DNA of 64,000 nt from Gammaproteobacteria bacterium (GTDB taxonomy: Bacteria; Pseudomonadota; Gammaproteobacteria; CAJXQU01). The notes under the pieces were generated by a model. It did not search any database. It saw only the letters and a list, made by a program, of their open reading frames with translations, and had not been told where the DNA came from. The translations under genes and the position numbers were made by a program. Below are positions 63,720-64,000 of the stretch, one piece after another (the first letter of the stretch is position 1; each line of letters begins with the position of its first letter). The DNA lies in contig JALSRM010000026.1 of the NCBI GenBank assembly GCA_026984775.1, forward strand, positions 2,456-66,455, written 5' to 3'.

Positions 63720-63945
63720 ATGCAGATCCTGTTCAATTCTCTAATCACATATCAATTGGACTCGGTCTCTTTGCAAAAGTCAAATTTTATAACATCCGCT
63801 TTATGCCTACAGATCAAGCCTGCCGACCCACTGCAAATACCCAACATTGCTCTCCCGCTGAGTTTGCTGGCTCTGATTCTCCACTCAACCCGAAGGCAGA
63901 ATTCATGTAAAATCACGGGTTCATATGTAAAGGAACTCTGACTCT

Positions 63946-64000
63946 ATGGAATTGACATCCCTGACGGCTATCTCTCCCATCGATGGCCGCTATGCCAACA
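63946..64000 (+). CDS. purB: adenylosuccinate lyase, first 18 codons only
   Basis: MELTSLTAISPIDGRYAN matches the PurB N-terminus; runs off the window end. Confidence 0.6.
   Translation, partial: MELTSLTAISPIDGRYAN

Overview
This window is a gammaproteobacterial chromosomal segment of about 50% GC, dominated by conserved housekeeping genes. In order: a methionine-salvage pair (mtnA, mtaD), mazG, an Lpp-like murein lipoprotein beside an L,D-transpeptidase, a sensor kinase/OmpR-type regulator pair, an OmpA-family protein, a cobalamin-riboswitch-controlled btuB, a late cobalamin biosynthesis block (cbiA, cobD, cbiB, cobC, cobQ), nfo, glmM, ftsH, rlmE, greA, carAB, scpAB, trpS, yciO, yciB, yciI, bolA, dam, dapE, a metal ABC importer and the start of purB. 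Two AT-rich accessory patches interrupt this backbone. The first (about 24.9-27.6 kb) carries a frameshifted PEP-CTERM-like gene, a TPR pseudogene in three frames and an unknown membrane protein. The second (about 47.95-49.9 kb) carries a tRNA 3' fragment, an IS3-family transposase remnant and truncated NarX/NarL-type two-component genes. I found no CRISPR array, complete restriction-modification system (only an orphan Dam) or toxin-antitoxin pair. The most unusual architectures are a CheW-CZB fusion next to a truncated hemoglobin and a translationally coupled membrane coiled-coil/BON pair, a PP2C-TM-FGE(sulfatase-modifying-like) fusion, a tandem-repeat periplasmic protein with a peptidoglycan-binding domain, a TrpRS with a Thermotoga-like 4-Cys Fe-S motif, and a metal ABC importer that lacks an ATPase but has a coiled-coil outer-membrane barrel. 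Every call rests on reading the translations by eye; no database search was run.
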